This document shows positions 51,671-64,000 of a DNA stretch of 64,000 nucleotides, piece after piece (the first letter of the stretch is position 1; the number at the start of each line of letters is the position of its first letter). Under the pieces are notes generated by a model, which saw nothing but the letters and a program-made list of their open reading frames with translations, did not search any database and was not told the origin of the DNA. The translations under genes and the position numbers were made by a program. Origin of the DNA: Felis catus (Eukaryota). The stretch spans positions 209,190,001 through 209,254,000 of the forward strand of contig NC_058368.1 of the NCBI RefSeq assembly GCF_018350175.1, in the 5' to 3' direction.

Positions 51671-52684
51671 GTAAGTGTGTCGTATAATAGTATTCCATTG
51701 TTGCGATGTAACCAGTTTATGCTGTTAATTGGACAGATTGTTTCACATTTCTTGATGTTTAAAAAGATGCAGTGGTCGTTCTTTTGTGTACATGTCCAAT
51801 AAACTCCTTGCCCAGGTCTGTCACTTATAAAATGATGAGTAACTTCCTTAATATTTCAGTCTGATACTTCACTAGAAAATGAGAATAATAAGACATCTTT
51901 CTCTTAAGGTTGTTGTGAGGGTTAAGCAGAATAAGTCCTAATATTTAATATTACTCAAAGCTACTATTTAGTGCTTTGCTTATATGCCCCCCCCCCCCCC
52001 AAAACTCCACAGACCAAGTACTGATTTCCATGTGTTGGTATACTTTGTAGAGTGCTTTAAAAAAAGATTCTTTAAAACTTTGTATTAACATAAATTCAGG
52101 TAGTAAAATTCTTTTAACATAAAATAGAAATGCAATTTATTTTAAGCTTTTTCTTTTTAAATTGGAAAGATATCAAATATCTTTTCAATTCTGATACTCT
52201 TTTAAAAGTTCAAGTTTCTAAGAATAAGAATATATTTACTTAACATAGTATATGATTTCATTTATCTGAAGTTCAAGAACAGGCAAAGCTAACCTGTGGT
52301 GATAAGAAAAGTGGTTACCTGGGATATGGAATAACTAATGACCAGGAAGGAGCATTAGAGAACTTTTTGGGTATTAGAAATATATTGTGGTCTGGGCAGT
52401 GACTGTATTAAAAACGTAAAAAGCTATCAAGATGTTTGTTTAAGGTGTACTGATTTTACTGTCTGTAAATTATACCTAAATCAAATCAGAGCAGGACAGG
52501 AGGGATGTGGTATCTAACCCTTTATTCTGGTCATGAAGCATAAATTGATAAATAATTATGTTTTTGAAGATAGGATACTTCAAAATTGAAAGTTTACATT
52601 GAGTTACAGATATAAAAGTATGTGTTTTACATATACACTTTTTCAGTGTTTTAAAACTTTGGAAAATACTTTTTTTCCTTACAG

Positions 52685-52800
52685 ATTGAAAGTAGCGTTC
52701 CCTCCCAGCTGCTGGAGTCAGTGCTACAAGAACTAAAAGGTTTGCAAGAATTTCTAGACAGAAACTCCCAATTTGCAGGAGGACCATTAGGAAATCCAAA
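52685..52800 (+). CDS. NUP155: NUP155 exon 20
   Basis: [38 protein letters not shown]; 116 nt. Confidence 0.96.
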
Positions 52801-53000
52801 GTAAGAATAAATAAGATTTATTTACTCGTTTTCCCTTTTTTCTCCAAGATACAGTTCACGTTATAAAATTCATTCTTTTAAATGTTTAGTTCAGTGGTTT
52901 TTAGTATATTTATGAGGTTATGCAATTATCACCTCTATCTAATTCCAGAACATTTTCATCATCCCAGGAAGAAACTCTTAACCCATTAGCAATCACTCCC

Positions 53001-53337
53001 TGTCTTAGGCTGCAGTAACAGTAATACCATAGAATGGCTTAAACAACAATCATTTATTTCTCACAGTTCTGGGGGCTGCAAGTCTGAGATCACAGTGCCA
53101 GCATGGTTGGGTTCTGGTGAGGACCCTCCTCCTGGTTTACAGATAACTGTTTTCTTTGTGTGTCCTCACATGGCAGAGAGAAAACTAGGTGACAGGTTCT
53201 CTGGTCTCTTCTTCTAAGGGTGCTAATGTCATCGTGGGGGCTTCACTGTTGTGACCCCATCTAAACCTAATTACCCCCGAAGGCCTACATCCTAATGCCG
53301 TCAGATGGGAATCTGGTGAGACACACTCGGTCCATAG
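53001..53337 (-). mobile_element. MaLR LTR (MLT1A-like) nested in an old L1 3' UTR
   Basis: 'ggctgcagtaaca...ggcttaaacaaca...tttatttctcacagttctggggg...ggttctggtgagg'. Confidence 0.7.
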
Positions 53338-53762
53338 CTCTCCCTGTTTCCCTTCCAGCCCCTAGCAACCACTGATCTGTCTCTATGCGTCTGCCATATT
53401 CTGGGTCTTTTATATAAGTGCAAATGTGTGGCCTTTTGTTTCTGGCTTCGTTCTTTTATTCTGTTTTCAAGGTTCATATGTTTTAGTGTGTATTAGTACT
53501 CTTTGTTTCATTTTTCATTTCATCAGGTGATGCTCATTTGGTTGTGAAGCTTTTTCGTTGTTATGAATAAGGGTGATGTGAACATACCGGTAGAAGTTTT
53601 TGTGTGGACATGTTTAGGATGAGCTTTTTTTTAATTATAGAAATGGGTTTGTTGTAAAAAATTTCACTGCCCAGAAAATTTATGATCTGAAGTATAACAT
53701 AAAATATCTTGATACTCATAAAATATCTCACTGTGCATTTCTTTAAAACTATATTGCAAACA

Positions 53763-53890
53763 TAGCACTTTCACAGGTCCTCCCCCAGACAGTGGGGCCC
53801 GGATTTGGTAGCTGGTGCTGAAAGAAAACCCTTGATTGCCTCCTTGCCTTGGGACTATGCCAGTGGCAGCTGTCACTCAGTGGGACAGAG
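53763..53890 (+). ncRNA. SNORA30: Box H/ACA snoRNA, SNORA30/SNORA37 (ACA30/ACA37) family copy in NUP155 intron 20
   Basis: The sequence closely matches recalled human SNORA30/SNORA37. 5' hairpin with basal stem AGCAC/GTGCT, H box AAAGAA at 53821-53826, ACA at 53885-53887 three nt from the end, length 128 nt. Which of the two paralogues it is closer to was not determined. Confidence 0.88.
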
Positions 53891-53959
53891 AGACTGTTCT
53901 GTGACATCATATTCAACATTGTACATTTTCTCCTGCTGTTCTAACCTTAGGTCTTCTCC

Positions 53960-54003
<44 letters not shown>

Positions 54004-54024
54004 GTAGATAGATAAAAATAGATA
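53960..54024. repeat. (GATA)n tetranucleotide microsatellite
   Basis: Read directly. Confidence 0.95.
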
Positions 54025-57000
54025 AATCTGCAAATAGAGTCTAACTAGGCATACTTTTATGAAACATTGTATGTACTTAGTGTATCTTTTAGAACATTCC
54101 AAATCAGTGGAATAAATTATTTTTATATTGGCTTCGTATTTTTCCATTATTTATAGGTGTTGGTGTACTTGTTTAGTAATCTTCAGATGAATTTTTTGGC
54201 AAGTAGAATTGGGTATGAGGGCTTTTTAAAATGTTGGTATGTAGTATTTAATTGTCTCATGAGAAAATTATACCAATTTTCTTTAATATTAACCTTTGGA
54301 ACACTTTAACATATATCTTTTTTTTTTTTAATGTTTATATCTTTTTTTTTTTTTTTAATGTTTATTCATTTTTGAGAAGGAAGAGTGCAGGAGCACGAGC
54401 AGGGGAGAGCAGGGGAGAGCCGGCCGGCAGGGGGGGAGGCGGGGCACAGAGGATCCAAAGCAGGCTCTGCACTGTCAGCACAGAGCCCAATCTGGGGCTT
54501 GAGCTCATGAACCGTGAGATTATGACCTGAGCCACCCAGGCACCCTAAATTATATCTTTCATACAAATTGATTTCTTCCTTCTTCTGTTAACTTAGTTTA
54601 AGAGTCTGTATCTTTTAATAGGATAATTTAACTTCTTCCCTTGTAGTTGGCATTAGTTATATGTTTGATCTTATTCTCACATCCTTAATTTGTGCTTTTT
54701 GTTGTGTTTTCTGTTTGTTTTTCTTTCCTTTCCCACCCCCTTATTTTACTGTATTGATCAGACCTCTCCCTATCCCAAACACAGACTTAGAAGTTTTATA
54801 TATGATTTTCTTTCTCTGGTAGTTAGTTTTAAATTCTGAAAAATACACATCTGTCAGCATTAATAATTGGACAGAAGCTATTAATCTTTCTTTTTTCCCC
54901 TGCCCTCCACCACTATCCTTCCTGGAAATTATCTGGAATTTTAGTTGTAAGGTGCTTTTGTTGTTGTTGTTTATTTGTTTTGTTTTTTCACATTATGTTC
55001 TTCTTTTAATAGTTCCTCAGTGTATTGAACTTTACAGTTATAACTGCAAATGTCTGTTAATTTTATACCCTGCACCTTTACTAATTTCTCTTTAGTTAGT
55101 AGTTTTCTTGCTGAGTTTTTTGGATTTTTTAAATATGTAATCCTGTCATCTGCAAATAGAGATAGTTTTACCTTTTTCCTGTCTGTCTGTAGTTGCTTTC
55201 TCTTGCCTGTGTAAGTTAATGTCTCCAACAGTGTTAAACAGTGGTGGAGATAAAGTGGGCATCCAGATCTTATTCCTGACTTTAGTGGGAAAGCTTGTAA
55301 TGTTTCCCCATTAAAGAAGATGCCTGCACAGATACAATTTATCATACTAAGAAAGTATTCATCCATTTCTGTTTTATTGAATATTCATATAAAATGAGTA
55401 TTGGAGTTTGTCAGATGTCTGCATTTTGCAGAGATGATTGTATTTTTTTCCTTTATTGACAAATTTCCTAATTTCAACCAATATCCTTCATGTCTGCAAC
55501 ATTAGTCTCACTGAGTATTTTTTAATAGCTTCTTAAGATGTAATTTATATGCCACAAAATTCACTTATTTTAAATGTTTGGTTCAACAACTATTAGTAAA
55601 TATATAGAATTGCGCAATCGGGGCACCTGGGTGGCTCAGTCGGTTGAGCGTCCACCTTCGGCTCAGTCATGATCTCACAGTTCGTGAGTTTGAGCCCCAC
55701 GTTGGGCTCTGTGCTGACAGCTAAGAGCCTGGAGCCTGCTTTAGATCCTTTGTCTCCCCCCCCCGCCCCCCCGCTCCTGTCCTGCTCAAACTCTATCTCT
55801 CTCTCAAAAATAAACATAAAAAAAAAAAGAATTGTGCAACCATCACCACAGTCCATTTTTGGAACATTTCCTTCAACCCCAAGACATTTCTCCTGTCCAT
55901 TTGCAGTCATTTCCTCCTCTTAGTCCCAATTATTAATCTATCCTATCTCTGTAAATTTGCCTATTTTTAACAGGTCATATAAATGGAATTATATAACTTG
56001 TGGTCTTTAGAATCTAGATTTTTTTGCTTAGCATATTTTGAGGTTCATGTTCAAGGTCCGTGTTGCAGCATAAATCTGTACTTCACTCCTTTTTATTGCC
56101 TAATGGGTATGGAATTGTAAGGTCGTAGTCATTTTTTTCAGATCTTTGTTTATAGTTTGTTCCATTTTCTTCCTAAATTTTTATATTGCAGAGGAAAAGT
56201 GCATTACTTTTCTGATTCTCTTTTCTCTGTAAATAGTTTGTGTTAATTTTGAAAATGTTTATGCTATTTCTGTTACTGAAGATTTAGCAGTTTTCCATAA
56301 CATCTTTACTATGTTTTTCTTCACTGAGTGTTGAGAACTAAACTTCCTTAATGAGCATTTAGAACTAGACTTTTAAGCCTTGTTGAATTTTCTTTTATTA
56401 TTTTTTAATGTACTATCTGATCATTTCCCTTCTCTTTGGAAAATCCTATCAACTCTCCTAGTTCTAGCCTCTGTTTCTTCTCTTTTCTTCCATAATTTCC
56501 TTCATTCCTTTTGTTGTAATGGTGGTCATTCTGTGAAGTACAGAATTCCTAGCATTGATGTTCTCAATCGTTAATTACATTTTATTTCTTTACTTAAAAA
56601 TTTTTTTTTTAATATTTACTTTTGAGAGAGAGAGAGACAGAGCATGAACAGGGCAAGGGAAGAGAAAGAGGAAGATACAGAATCCAAAGCAGGCTGCACG
56701 CTATGAGCTATCAGCACAGAGCCCGATGCAGGACTCAAACCCACAAACTGAGATCATGACCTGAACCGAAGTCGAATGCTTAACTGACTGAGCCACCCAG
56801 GCTCTCCATCAATCACTTATTTTAAATAGCATCTGTTCAGTTTCTCTGATAATTTTTTTTTCTGGCCATTATATTTTTAACTCTAAGAGCTCTTTTATTT
56901 TCCCTTTTTCATGGCAATTAACATTTCTAATGTGAATCCCAAATTTCACTAAGAATACAATGGATTTCTTTTTCACGTTTTTCATATTTTCTACATTAGT

Positions 57001-58819
57001 TATTTCATTGGGAGCTGTTGGTTTCAGCTGCCCAGCAGAGTCTGTCTTTTCCCAGCTAATAAATACATTGTATCTGGTGATATTTTTCTGGCTATATTTA
57101 GAAATTAATGTGTATACTGACTAGTATAGGTAACCAGTATAGATCTACTCAGCAGTTGTTGTCAGTGTTCAGTAGCAGATCATCGTGTGAGAAAAATTCT
57201 TGTGACAGTTTCATGGCTAATTTTGCCCTAGAATATGGTAAGAATATGGTAGGAAGCTGAAATGAGGTCAAGTGCTAGATTTCAACTCTCAGCATGCCAG
57301 ACTAGTGAAGCTGAGGTTTCTCTTTAAGTGAGTTGGGAGACTGTAGCAATGTCAACCCCCTGCATTGTTTAATGTACTATCATTTGGTTTCGGAGGAAAT
57401 CTGAGCCTGGATGCTAGGGAGGAAATATGAGCCCGGATGCTAGGGCCAACCAGATGAGATGTGATGTTCGTTTTGTTTACTTTTTGCCAACGCTGTCTCC
57501 AACCCTTAGCAGTTGGGTCTTAGCGTTCCCAGTTAGAGCATAAAGTTGCCAGTGGACTCAAAGAAGGATCTATATTAGCAATAGGGTATTCCAGTGGATT
57601 ACCCTGCTATGTTAATCCCATCTAATCTGCCTACTCCCCCTTCCTCATTTTTGTGATGATAACCTGGATTTTGCTAAGGAGCAGTATAACCAGCAACAGT
57701 AGACCCTACTGTAGTCCTCTGCAACAAATCCACCGTCTTGCTTGTGGGCAGTTTACTTCACATAGAAGAAGGTATGTGATTAAACTCTGCCCAGTCACCC
57801 TGTGTGGTAGAGGAGACACACTTGCTGCACTGATGTCCTGTGTAATAATCATTTTAAATCCTCCCTTCAGTTATTTGGCTACCCTGATATTCATTTTATT
57901 TGGAAAGTCTGGATAAATGGTTACTTCTTTGCCTTTATTTGCCAAATTAATAGAATGAATTGGTTTCTAGCAGCCTTTAGAGATGAGCAGTTTTGGCTTT
58001 AAGGTACGTAGTAAAATCCACCCTTTTTCCGTGTGAGGTTTTAAGAGTTTTGGTGGATGCGTAGTATCATGTAACTATCCCCACAACCAAAATACAGAAC
58101 AGTTCCATCCTGCCCCCAAGTTCTCTTGTGCTTTCTCTTGTATTCATACCCTTTTCTCACCCCTAAGCCTGGCCACAAATGAGCTCTTCTTTACCCCTCT
58201 ACTTCGCCTTTTCTAATATGTCATATAGATTGATTCTGGCTTTTTGTAGTCACAGATTGATCCGTGTTGTTGCATATATCATTCCCTTCGAGAATGTCAG
58301 TCTTGTTTATTTCAGCAAGTAATCTACCTACTTAACTTCAGACCACAGGTTCTGCCTGGGATTCTGTGGGCACTGATTTCAGTATCAGCTTAGTTTTCAA
58401 AGCTGTTGCTGTACTCTTTAGGTCTGTCCCACGCATGAGCCTCTCAGGGTTATTCTGGGCCTTGTGCAGTAGTTTATATCTCAGTTCAGTTCTTTGAGTC
58501 TTTGCTGTGCTTCTTTGAGTATGTTCCATATATATGGCTTCAGGGGTGAGCCCAGAGGTTGTGTTGATCATACACAGACTTAGGGGATCTCCTTTCCAGC
58601 CCCTTTTTGTTCTGATTTCCCACAAATTCTCTAGCTCCCAGGAACTCCTTTTACTGGTCCTCGGGATAGAAAGCTAGTGTTCCCTTTCATTTTTCACTCC
58701 TTTGATGTCATAGTATTGTGGAAATGGTGGTACCTTTGGGGCAAATCGTCAAGAGAAAGAACTGATTTGCTTCAAACTTTTGGGACCACAAGCCCCCTTT
58801 TCCCAGTTTATCTGTTCTG

Positions 58820-59005
58820 GGGTTTCTCAGTCTCGGGACTGAAGACACTGGGGACTGGGTAATTATTCATTGAGGGGACTGTCCTATGCGTTATAGGATG
58901 TTTATGAGTATCCTTGGCCTCTGTCTACTAGATACCAGTAGTCCTCCCCAGTCGTGACAGTTAGAATGTCTCCAGACATTGCTGCATGTTCCCTGGGAGA
59001 TTTAC
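58820..59005. mobile_element. MER20-like hAT MITE
   Basis: 'actgtcctatgcgttataggatgttt...tggcctctgtctactagataccagtag...aatgtctccagacattgc'. Confidence 0.7.
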
Positions 59006-59016
59006 TGCCCATACAG

Positions 59017-59047
<31 letters not shown>

Positions 59048-60127
59048 GTTTTGTTTTGTGTTTTGTTTTGTTTTGTTTTGTCCATACAGTTTTGAAACTC
59101 AGTTCACTTTTGAACAAAGCCGAAATAAAGGAGTACGGGAAAATCCCAGTATGAATGGCTTGTCATTTGAGTTTTGACTTCCCAGCTAAGTCTGTTTGCA
59201 CTTAACTGACTTTTCAGAGTCCTCAGTGAGTAGTTGCTCTTTGTATTCCATCCAGGGTTTTCGGTTTTGTAGTCAGTGAAAGAGGCTGTAGCAGGCTTAC
59301 TCCATCTAGGCTGGTGCCATCAGTCAAGGTTTTTATTAATAACCATTATGAATACATGGTTTTAATGTATTTAGTGTGTTTCATTCACTGCAGATTGTTT
59401 TTGTAATGCAAGATGTCCCAATGTTTTGCCTCTTCAGTCTGCTTGAGTTTTGACGGTTTTCTGTCAGTATTTTGAGTTTTCTTTGGTAACTTCTTTGCTT
59501 CCTAATATGACAAGATGTTCTAGGTTCATTTGGTACAATTCCTGTCCTCTACCTGGAATCAGCCATTTCTCCAGGGAACCCTGATTTCTTTTGGTAGGAA
59601 AGGGTGTTAAGGATTATAGCTAGAGGTGTTCTTTGCTACTAGTCATGCTGTATGTTGTTTTGTCTGTATTTTCTAATAAAATTGTGAGTTTGTACTGTTT
59701 TGAAAGGTTTAAAATTACAGGGTTTTGCTCCATTTCTTTTATTTTTGTATTGCTTTTTCCCTAAAAATCTTATTTTCTATTAATATTGACATAATCATTT
59801 GCTTCATCCTACATTATACCTACCATAGTTTCAATAGTCATATACTTTTAAAGTTAAAATCTTTTTTTTTAGCTTTCCAAAATTTTTTTTAATATGAAAT
59901 TTATTGTCTCTATCAGTTGTCAAACAAAAATTTCTCCTGAAAGTTCATCATTCTTTTCTTCACATCCCCTGAAGTTACATTAAGAGCTGAAGTATCAGAT
60001 TCTTCACGAAACGAGCCCCAAATGCTCTTATCTGCTCATTTCTCTCAGTGGCCAGTATTACCTTACAGTAGGTTCTTTGCTTTTTACTTTTGTCCTGATG
60101 TTTCTTCATCTGTAAAATGGGATTCTT

Positions 60128-60502
60128 TTTTTTTTTAAAGTAATTAATTTTTTAAATTTACATCCAAGTTAGTTAGCATATAGTGCAACGATTTCAGGAG
60201 TAGATTCCTTAGTGCTCCTTGTGCATTTAGCCTATCCCCCTTCCCATAACCCCTCCAGCAACCCTCTGTTTGTTCTCCATATTTAAGAGTCTCTTATGTT
60301 TTATCCCCCTCCCTGTTTTTATATTATTTTTCTTTCCCTTCCCTTATGTTCATCTGTTTTGTATCTTAAAGTCCTCATATGAGTGAAGTCGTATGATATT
60401 TATCTTTCTCTGGCTAATTTCACTTAGCATAATACCCTCTAGTTCCATACATGTAGTTGGATGGCAAGATTTCATTATTTTTGATTGCTGAGTAATACTC
60501 CG

Positions 60503-60553
<51 letters not shown>

Positions 60554-60586
60554 CACACATATATATATATATACACACACACACAC

Positions 60587-60620
<34 letters not shown>

Positions 60621-61817
60621 GCATATACATACACACACACACATATATATACTTTGGCTATTGTTGCTAGTGCTGCTATAAACATTGGGGTGCATGTGTC
60701 CCTTCAAAACAGTACACCTGTATCCCTTGGATAAATGCCTAGTAGTGCAATTGCTGGGTCGTAGGGTAGTTCTATTTTCAGTTTTTTGAGGAATCTCCAG
60801 ATAGTTTTCCAGAGTGGCTGCACCAGTTTGCATTCCCACCAGCAGTGCAAAACAGATCCTCTTTCTCTGCATCCTTGCCAACATCTGTTGTTGCCTGAAT
60901 TGTTAATGTTAGTCATTCTGACAGGTGTGAGGTGGTATCTCATTGTGGTTTTGATTTGTATTTCCCTGATGATGAGTGATGTTGAGCATTTTTTCGTGTG
61001 TCTGTTGGCCATCTGGATGTCTTCTTTGGAAAAGTGTCTATTAATGTCTTCTGCCCATTTCTTCACTGGATTATTTGTTTTTTGGGTGTTGAGTTTGATA
61101 AGTTCTTTATAGATTTTGGATACTAACCCTTTATCTGATATGTCGTTTGCAAATATCTTCTCCCATTCCATCGGTTGCCTTTTAGTTTTGCTGATTGTTT
61201 CCTTCACTGTGCAGAAGCTTGTTATTTTGATGAGGTCCCAGTAGTTCATTTTTGCTTTTGTTTCCCTTGCCTCTGGAGATGCGTTGGGTAAGAAGTCGCT
61301 GCAGGCAAGATCAAAGAGGTTTTTGCCTGCTTTCTCCTCGAGGATTTTGATGGCTTCCTGTCTTACATTGAGGTCTTTCATCCATTTTGAGTTTATTTTT
61401 GTGTATGGTGTAAGAAAGTGGTCCAGGTTCATTCTTCTGCATGTCGTTGTCCAGTTTTCTCAGCACCACTTGCTGAAGAGACTTTATTCCATTGGATATT
61501 CTTTCCTGCTTTGTCAAAGATTAGTCGGCCATGCGTTTGTGGATCCATTGCTGGGTTCTCTTTTCTGTTCCATTGATCTGAGCATCTCTTCTTGTGCCAG
61601 TACCATACTGTCTTGATGATTACAGCTTTGTAGTATAGCTGGAAGTCTGGGATTGTGATGCCTCCTGCTTTGGTTTTCTTTTTCAAGATCACATTGGCTA
61701 TTTGGGGTCTTTACTGATTCCATACAAATTTTAGGATTGTTTCTTCTAGCTCTGTGAAGAATGCTGGTGTTATTTTGATAGGGATTGCATTGAATATGTA
61801 GATTGCTTTGTGTAGTA
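60128..61817 (-). mobile_element. 5'-truncated carnivore L1 (ORF2 C-terminus plus 3' UTR) inserted in a MIR
   Basis: ORF 60704..61432 (242 aa) is the L1 ORF2p C-terminus ([17 protein letters not shown]...[14 protein letters not shown]). 17-bp TSD tgtaaaatgg(g/t)attctt at 60111/61818. Confidence 0.94.
60504..60651. repeat. Compound (TG)n-(TA)n-(CA)n microsatellite
   Basis: Read directly. Confidence 0.95.
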
Positions 61818-62311
61818 TGTAAAATGGTATTCTTAATAATATTTACCTTATAGAATTGGGAGTATTGTATTAAATCGTTGGTGGAGGCAAAACAAGTGTT
61901 CAGTAAAAGGAAGCTATTATTTATTATCCATCTATTCTCAGTGAAACTTTAAGCATCTCAGAGATTAAAATGCTTCAGTTTCAAATCATTATCATTGATT
62001 TGTCAGTGATTATTTCACTATTCTACAGAGGAAAAGAATATTTATAGTGTATTCTAGTTCATTTGTGTGAAATAACCAGAACAGGCAATCTTACAGAGAC
62101 CAAGTAGATTAGCAATTACTTAGGGTAGGAGTAGGAGAGATGGAGATTGGCTACTAATAGGGAGTGGGTGAAAATATTCTAAAATTAGATTGTGGTGACA
62201 GTTGCACAATACCTATGGGTATATTTTGAAAAACTAAATTGTGTACTTTAAATGGTTGAATATATCTCAGTAAAGCTGTTGAAAACACACATTCTGGAAT
62301 TTCTGTTTTAG

Positions 62312-62409
62312 TACAACTGCCAAAGTGCAGCAGAGGCTGATAGGATTCATGCGTCCTGAAAATGGAAATACCCAGCAAATGCAGCAGGAGCTGCAGAGGA
62401 AGTTTCATG
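62312..62409 (+). CDS. NUP155: NUP155 exon 21
   Basis: [32 protein letters not shown]; 98 nt; donor G|GTAAGT. Confidence 0.96.
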
Positions 62410-63048
62410 GTAAGTTATTCCTTCTGATCAGTTAACTGAACATGCCCCCAATAAAGAGTTCTATTCAGTGAATAGAAAACAGTGGACATCTCTCAATAAG
62501 ATTTAGTTTTTTGGTAACCCAAATATTTTTTATTAAAATAACATCAGTATGGTTGGGAAAAGTGGGACAATATGGATCTCTTGTATTTCCATAACTTTCA
62601 ACCCATTAATTTTTTTTCCTTTCCTTTACTAGAGAACATTATACACACCTGTGTTTAATGAGTTTTTAATTGTAAAATAGACATAAAATTTACCATTTTA
62701 ACCATTTTTAAATATAGAGTTCATTGGCATTCAGTACACTCACACTGTTGTGCAGAGGTCACCACTATCCATCTCCAGAATTTTTTCCATCCTCCTCTAC
62801 TAGAACTCTGTACTCATGAAGCAATTTCCCCTGCCCCAGCCCCTAACAGCCATCATTTTTGTTTGTTTTTCCTCTCTGAATTCGAGTACCTTATATACCT
62901 CCTATAAGTGGAATTATACAGTGATCAGCTTTGCAACTGGCTTATTTCAGCTAGCATAATTAATGTCTTCAGAGTTCATCCGTGTTGTAGCATGCGTCAG
63001 AATTTCCTTTCTTTTTAAGACTTAATGTTATTTCACTGTATGTCTATA

Positions 63049-63859
63049 TAGGTTTCCCCTGCTCCCTGAAAGTGGAGTGTTCCTGGGAAACCTTTCATAA
63101 GCTAAATGACATAAAATGAAGAAGCAATTACCATTCGTTGATATGGAAAAGGTTTTGAGCATTCCCAGACACAAAAAATAACCTTTCTTAGGCTTTTCTG
63201 TTCCTTAAGACACATTTTTTTAAAGTTTACTTATTTTAGTAATCTCCACACCCATCTTGGGGCTCAAACTCACCACCCCAAGATCAAGAGTATCAGGCTG
63301 TTCTATTCTTTTTTTCTGTTTTTAATGTTTATTTTTGACAGAGAGAGAGAGACAGAGCATGAGTAGGGGAGGAGCAGAAAGAATGGGAGACACAGTATCC
63401 AAAGCAGGCTCTAGGCTCTGAGCTGTCAGCACAGAGCCCTACATGGGGCTCAAACTCATGGACCACGAGATCACGACCTGAGCCAAAGTCGGAGGCTTAA
63501 CCGACTGAGCCACCCTGGTGCCCCAGAGTATCAGGCTTTTCTGACTGAGCCAGCCAGGTGCCCCACCTTAGGACACATTTAGAGATAAAACACAGATGCC
63601 CAGAGACACATTTCAAAGCTATGGCAGTTTAACGCTGAGATGCTGTGTGTGGTTTCTGGGGAGGGTGCTTGGAGGGGTGCGTGCTGCTTCTATAATGGCT
63701 CACTGCAAAACCAACAATGAATGCTGTTTTGGGGTTTTTTTCCATGAAAGCGAAAATTCTCTTTGAATTTCTTTCAGTTAATGATATAAGGTAGTAATGT
63801 AGGTCTTTCATAGAAGCAAAGTGATGTAACATGAACTTTCAAAAGGCAGAGAATACCTA
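63049..63859. mobile_element. Tc1/mariner (Tigger-type) MITE with nested SINEs, inserted in an old L1 3' UTR
   Basis: Imperfect ~25-bp TIRs (taggtttcccctgctccctgaaagt versus the reverse complement of the right end, taggtattctctgccttttgaaagt) and TA duplication at 63047/63860. Confidence 0.75.
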
Positions 63860-64000
63860 TACCACACTTTGTTGATCCATTCATCCGTTGTTGGTGGACA
63901 CTGGGTTGCTTGCATCTCGGAGGCATTGTGAACAATTCTGCTATGAACGTGGTGTACAAATAGAAGTTTTCAATTCTTTTCAGTTCTTTTGTTATACATC

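Larger units (their letters stand above)
14401..62409 (+). other. NUP155: NUP155 gene span, exons 1-21 (partial; N-terminal ~768 codons of nucleoporin 155)
   Basis: 21 exons join into a continuous 2305-nt frame matching recalled Nup155 from MPSSLLG... to ...QRKFH. Confidence 0.97.

Noticed and set aside
60704..61432. 242-aa ORF
   Set aside because: C-terminal fragment of L1 ORF2p in a 5'-truncated element; not a host gene and not autonomous.

Overview
Mammalian genomic DNA from a carnivore, almost certainly a cat-family (felid) species, judging by about 50 Can-SINEs that include the young felid subtype and by carnivore L1s. The window holds the divergent WDR70/NUP155 gene pair. WDR70 coding exons 1-3 lie on the minus strand (5600 to 3295). 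NUP155 coding exons 1-21 lie on the plus strand (14401-62409; 2305 nt, intact frame, all GT-AG); both genes continue beyond the window. Each gene has its own CpG island, about 8.5 kb apart. Top findings: (i) an intact, sense-oriented H/ACA snoRNA of the SNORA30/SNORA37 family in NUP155 intron 20, apparently retroposed with a piece of its donor host intron and keeping a complete 28S rRNA guide pocket; (ii) NUP155 intron 2 is a U12-type minor intron containing a ~1.2 kb C/T-only expansion inside a SINE plus inverted SINEs; (iii) candidate poison exons in WDR70 intron 3 and NUP155 intron 4; (iv) multi-layer transposon nests, a solo ERV LTR upstream of NUP155 and an iterated fold-back palindrome. 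Gene and family names come from my recall of the orthologous sequences, not from database searches. Repeat boundaries are approximate.
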